DNA of 57,841 nucleotides, the filler included, from Platydemus manokwari (Eukaryota): the NCBI GenBank assembly GCA_037951405.1. It is 5 parts of 5 records of this genome, joined end to end, with 100 filler letters (N's around TTAATTAATTAA, not from the genome) between each part and the next. Parts side by side here need not be neighbours in the genome. Positions count along the whole stretch, not along the records: positions 48,803 to 57,841 come from JBBMOY011309538.1; 4 more parts are not named here. The stretch is one strand, 5' to 3'. The position numbers and the translations under genes are program-made. The notes beneath the pieces were generated by a model, which worked only from the letters and a program-made list of their open reading frames with translations, was not told where the DNA came from and did not search any database. Each line of letters opens with the position of its first letter. The stretch's first letter is position 1. This document shows, in pieces, positions 54,801 to 57,841 of the stretch.

Positions 54801-55699
54801 ATCACTGAGCTAGAAATAATCTTGTCCTGATTAACTACCCTTCATACTTTGCAAAATCAATACTCTCCCTACAAAATAAGTGCCAATCTAATCTCATCAA
54901 ACGAGTTAATATCATCTTGAAATATTAATTAATATAACAAACATCAACACAAGTCAAAAGTTTTATTGGAAATTCATTACAAAGAATCACAAAATTTATT
55001 CAAGGAAAACATCGACAGTTCTCCCCAAATGATCACTTGCAGATTTGTCTGCACCAATATTTATCAAATAATCTACAATCAATTTGCTTTTATTACGGTC
55101 TGCTGATAAAAGCGGTGTTCTCGTCTCATCTTAATTAATTTATAAAATATCAATACGCAATAATATATCGCGCATTAACAGCGACAAATAAATTGTTATG
55201 TTTTTTAATGAATTTAACAAATTTAATATTATCGGGTATTAAGTTATTGCTTTGTTGGCAGAACTTTTAATAAAGTTTCATTACGTTTTTTTTATTTTTC
55301 ATGGGATTTGACCGTTTGAATGATCTTAAACGAGGTTTCATAAATTTAGGTTCTTCGTTAATTCATTTTCAAGATTTTTTATATATTTCTAAAATTTTGA
55401 TTTTTTAGTTTTTGTAATTTCCTAGTTTTTCCAATTTTTATTTTTTCTAACTAAAGGAAACATCAACCAGTGTCCAAGCAGTAAAAATTAGTGAATTAGA
55501 AAAATTAAAGTTGATTTGAGCTAAAGTGATATAATTGATAAATTAAGAAATAATTTGAGCCAAATTGCGATAATTGTTAAATTGAAATTTGAATTAAAGA
55601 TATTGATAAAAGCGCATTTGATAATTTTTGGTTGAATCGGCGGGCTATAAAACTAGCGACGCGAATATGAGACTTTGGTATATAAAAAAAGTAGTAAGT

Positions 55700-57841
55700 T
55701 TACCCTGTGTAACACTTTTGTATTAACTTATTTGAAATAAGTGAAAATTCAAATTCGACAGTAATTCTAGTATAAAATAATATTAGAAATAGGCACAAGA
55801 GACGAAAATAGTGAAATAATTGAGAATAAATAGAATATGAAAAATAGATACCCAAATTGATAAAGATAGTGAAATAATTGAATTACAAAATTGTAAAACA
55901 CCGTTAGATAAAATGAATGAAGCAATTTTAAATAATTTTGAATTTAACAAAAATATTTATATTTACCAATAAACTCTTATGACGTTAGACAAGAAGGGTT
56001 TGGTGATTTCTTCAATGAATATCATAGAATAACTAAAGCATATGGCAGGCCATAAGTATAAAAATTTCAGAGGTTTTAAATGTATTTAAAATTATAAGCG
56101 TTACAAATATTTCAAGGATTAGATTGTGGTGAAAGTAAGGTCCTGTGTTCACACGTGTGACAGGCCGATGATGATGTTTACCTTTAACAACATAGGAAAA
56201 GAGGAAAGTAGATAACTAGTAATTAATAAGCTTAAGCAAGGAAAGACAAAACCATTCATAGTACAATTTACGAAATAATTAAAAGTTAAAGGAGAGAAAA
56301 AATGACAAACATCAAATGATAGGGTATACGAAAGTAGTCATGGAGCAGTAAATATATACAATTTAAACTGAAATTATTTACCAAATAGGAATAAGAAAAG
56401 AAAATGACATCATAAAAATGATAGCACAAACCCCTGAAAATATTTATTGAAAGATTATTAGATCAAATAAAAGTCTTTAGGGAAGATCTAAAATGTTTAG
56501 AAGTAAGAGTACATTTAAATGAATACCAATATAAAATAAATTCAATCGAAGGAATCATCACTCAGAGTGTTCATATAATAAAACCTGCAAATGCATATTT
56601 TTGATATTATGAAAAAGTAACCCTGAACTCATAATTCATCGAGAACAAGTAATATTAGAATCAATTGTAATAAAGAAAGTGACAACAAAATCCATTATTA
56701 AAACAACAGCAAAACTTATGAGAACATCGAACAGTAAAAAAATGACCCTTTTGAGAAGAAACGAAATCACTCTAAATATAATGCTGATAGGAGCACTTAT
56801 TTTTAGTTTAACCACCATAATGGTAATGTACACAAGTTATAAATTGTATAAAGTATTGTAAGGACAACCCTCGTGTATGGGAAGTCAACTTATAGCAATT
56901 ACAGGAAAAATCAATTTGTATCACGAAATTGTACCTGTAAAATTTGTAATCATTCAAAGCTATTAGATAAAATCAATTTGTGTAAATATAAATGGGAATA
57001 TAAAACTAATGTATATAAAAACCTGTTATTTTGAAATTTTTAATCATTAAAGGGCATTAGACAAAATCAATTTCTGTAAATATCAAAGGGAATTTAAAAA
57101 TTTCGTGTATAAAATAATATTCAATAAGCTTAATTAATGTAAATATCAATTCAATTTCTTTATCAGCACGCATTGGAAATTTAACTATTGTAAATTCGAA
57201 AGAAATTTTAAAATATTAGATAGTATAAATAAATTTGCTTAGAAATTCCTGGTAAATAAAATAATAAGAGAAATTGAGTTGATCAATAGGAATATTGCCC
57301 TGAAAATCCCAACAAATGAAAAAATAACCTATAAACTAACAGCCAAACAAAATTAAGCGCTGAAAACATAAAAGCTACCCTAAATCCTTTAATGATCATA
57401 ATTTCGTTAGAAAATTTGAATCATTAAACAGTCAAGAACGGACTCTGATGACATTAGCAGAGAATCTATTGAATTGATGAGGGAAAATCATTACTGAATA
57501 TGATTTGAAAAAACTGAAAGCCTTATTGATCTTTACTTAGGAAATCATGGGGATAAGAGACATCAAGGGATCCCGAACCTTCAACAAAATCATGAAAGAA
57601 AAGAATGTGTCAGAGTGAATTTAATTATTCTAAATCATCAGAATTGATGGACTCATCACCATATATTATCTTAATTGCTAAATCTTTTGCTAAATGTGGT
57701 AATCGAGAACTTTGTTTAGATATCTTTGGAAAACCCTATTTCCTTCAGTAATAAATCATGCACTACCCTTGTACAATTTAAGGAATCAGGAATTGAAGGT
57801 GAAATTAAATGGAGATCATCAAATGGCATGATACGTGATTG
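55700..57841 (+). mobile_element. Possible decayed gag-pol remnant
   Basis: A-rich plus-strand coding-like sequence with many stops. DSSPYIILIAKS..GNRELCLD (~57650-57720) loosely resembles the start of gypsy RT. Confidence 0.25.

Overview
AT-rich eukaryotic (metazoan) genomic DNA with GT-AG introns as short as 47-61 nt and many (AAT)n microsatellites. The style suggests a flatworm such as a planarian, but that is inference only. The window is a pseudomolecule: four 100-bp N44-TTAATTAATTAA-N44 artificial linkers join five pieces, and one piece also has a plain 100-N gap. Three spliced genes can be reconstructed by hand: (1) a Ski/SnoN-family TGF-beta co-repressor (+, 5 exons, ~469 aa); (2) the 3' part of a Na+-coupled SLC4 bicarbonate transporter (-, 9 exons, 508 aa visible, 5' end lost at a linker); (3) the 3' part of a thymine-DNA glycosylase (TDG/Thd1) that probably splices in frame onto a 183-codon polyQ exon. 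The rest is intergenic or intronic DNA with decayed transposons (pogo/Tigger, hAT MITE, Ty3/gypsy pol, LTR-like pieces) and unclassified repeats. I found no convincing new biological system. The best leads are the putative TDG-polyQ extension, RFX X-box-like motifs, an unclassified repeat family upstream of Ski, and a k=77 collapsed-repeat signature at the plain gap.
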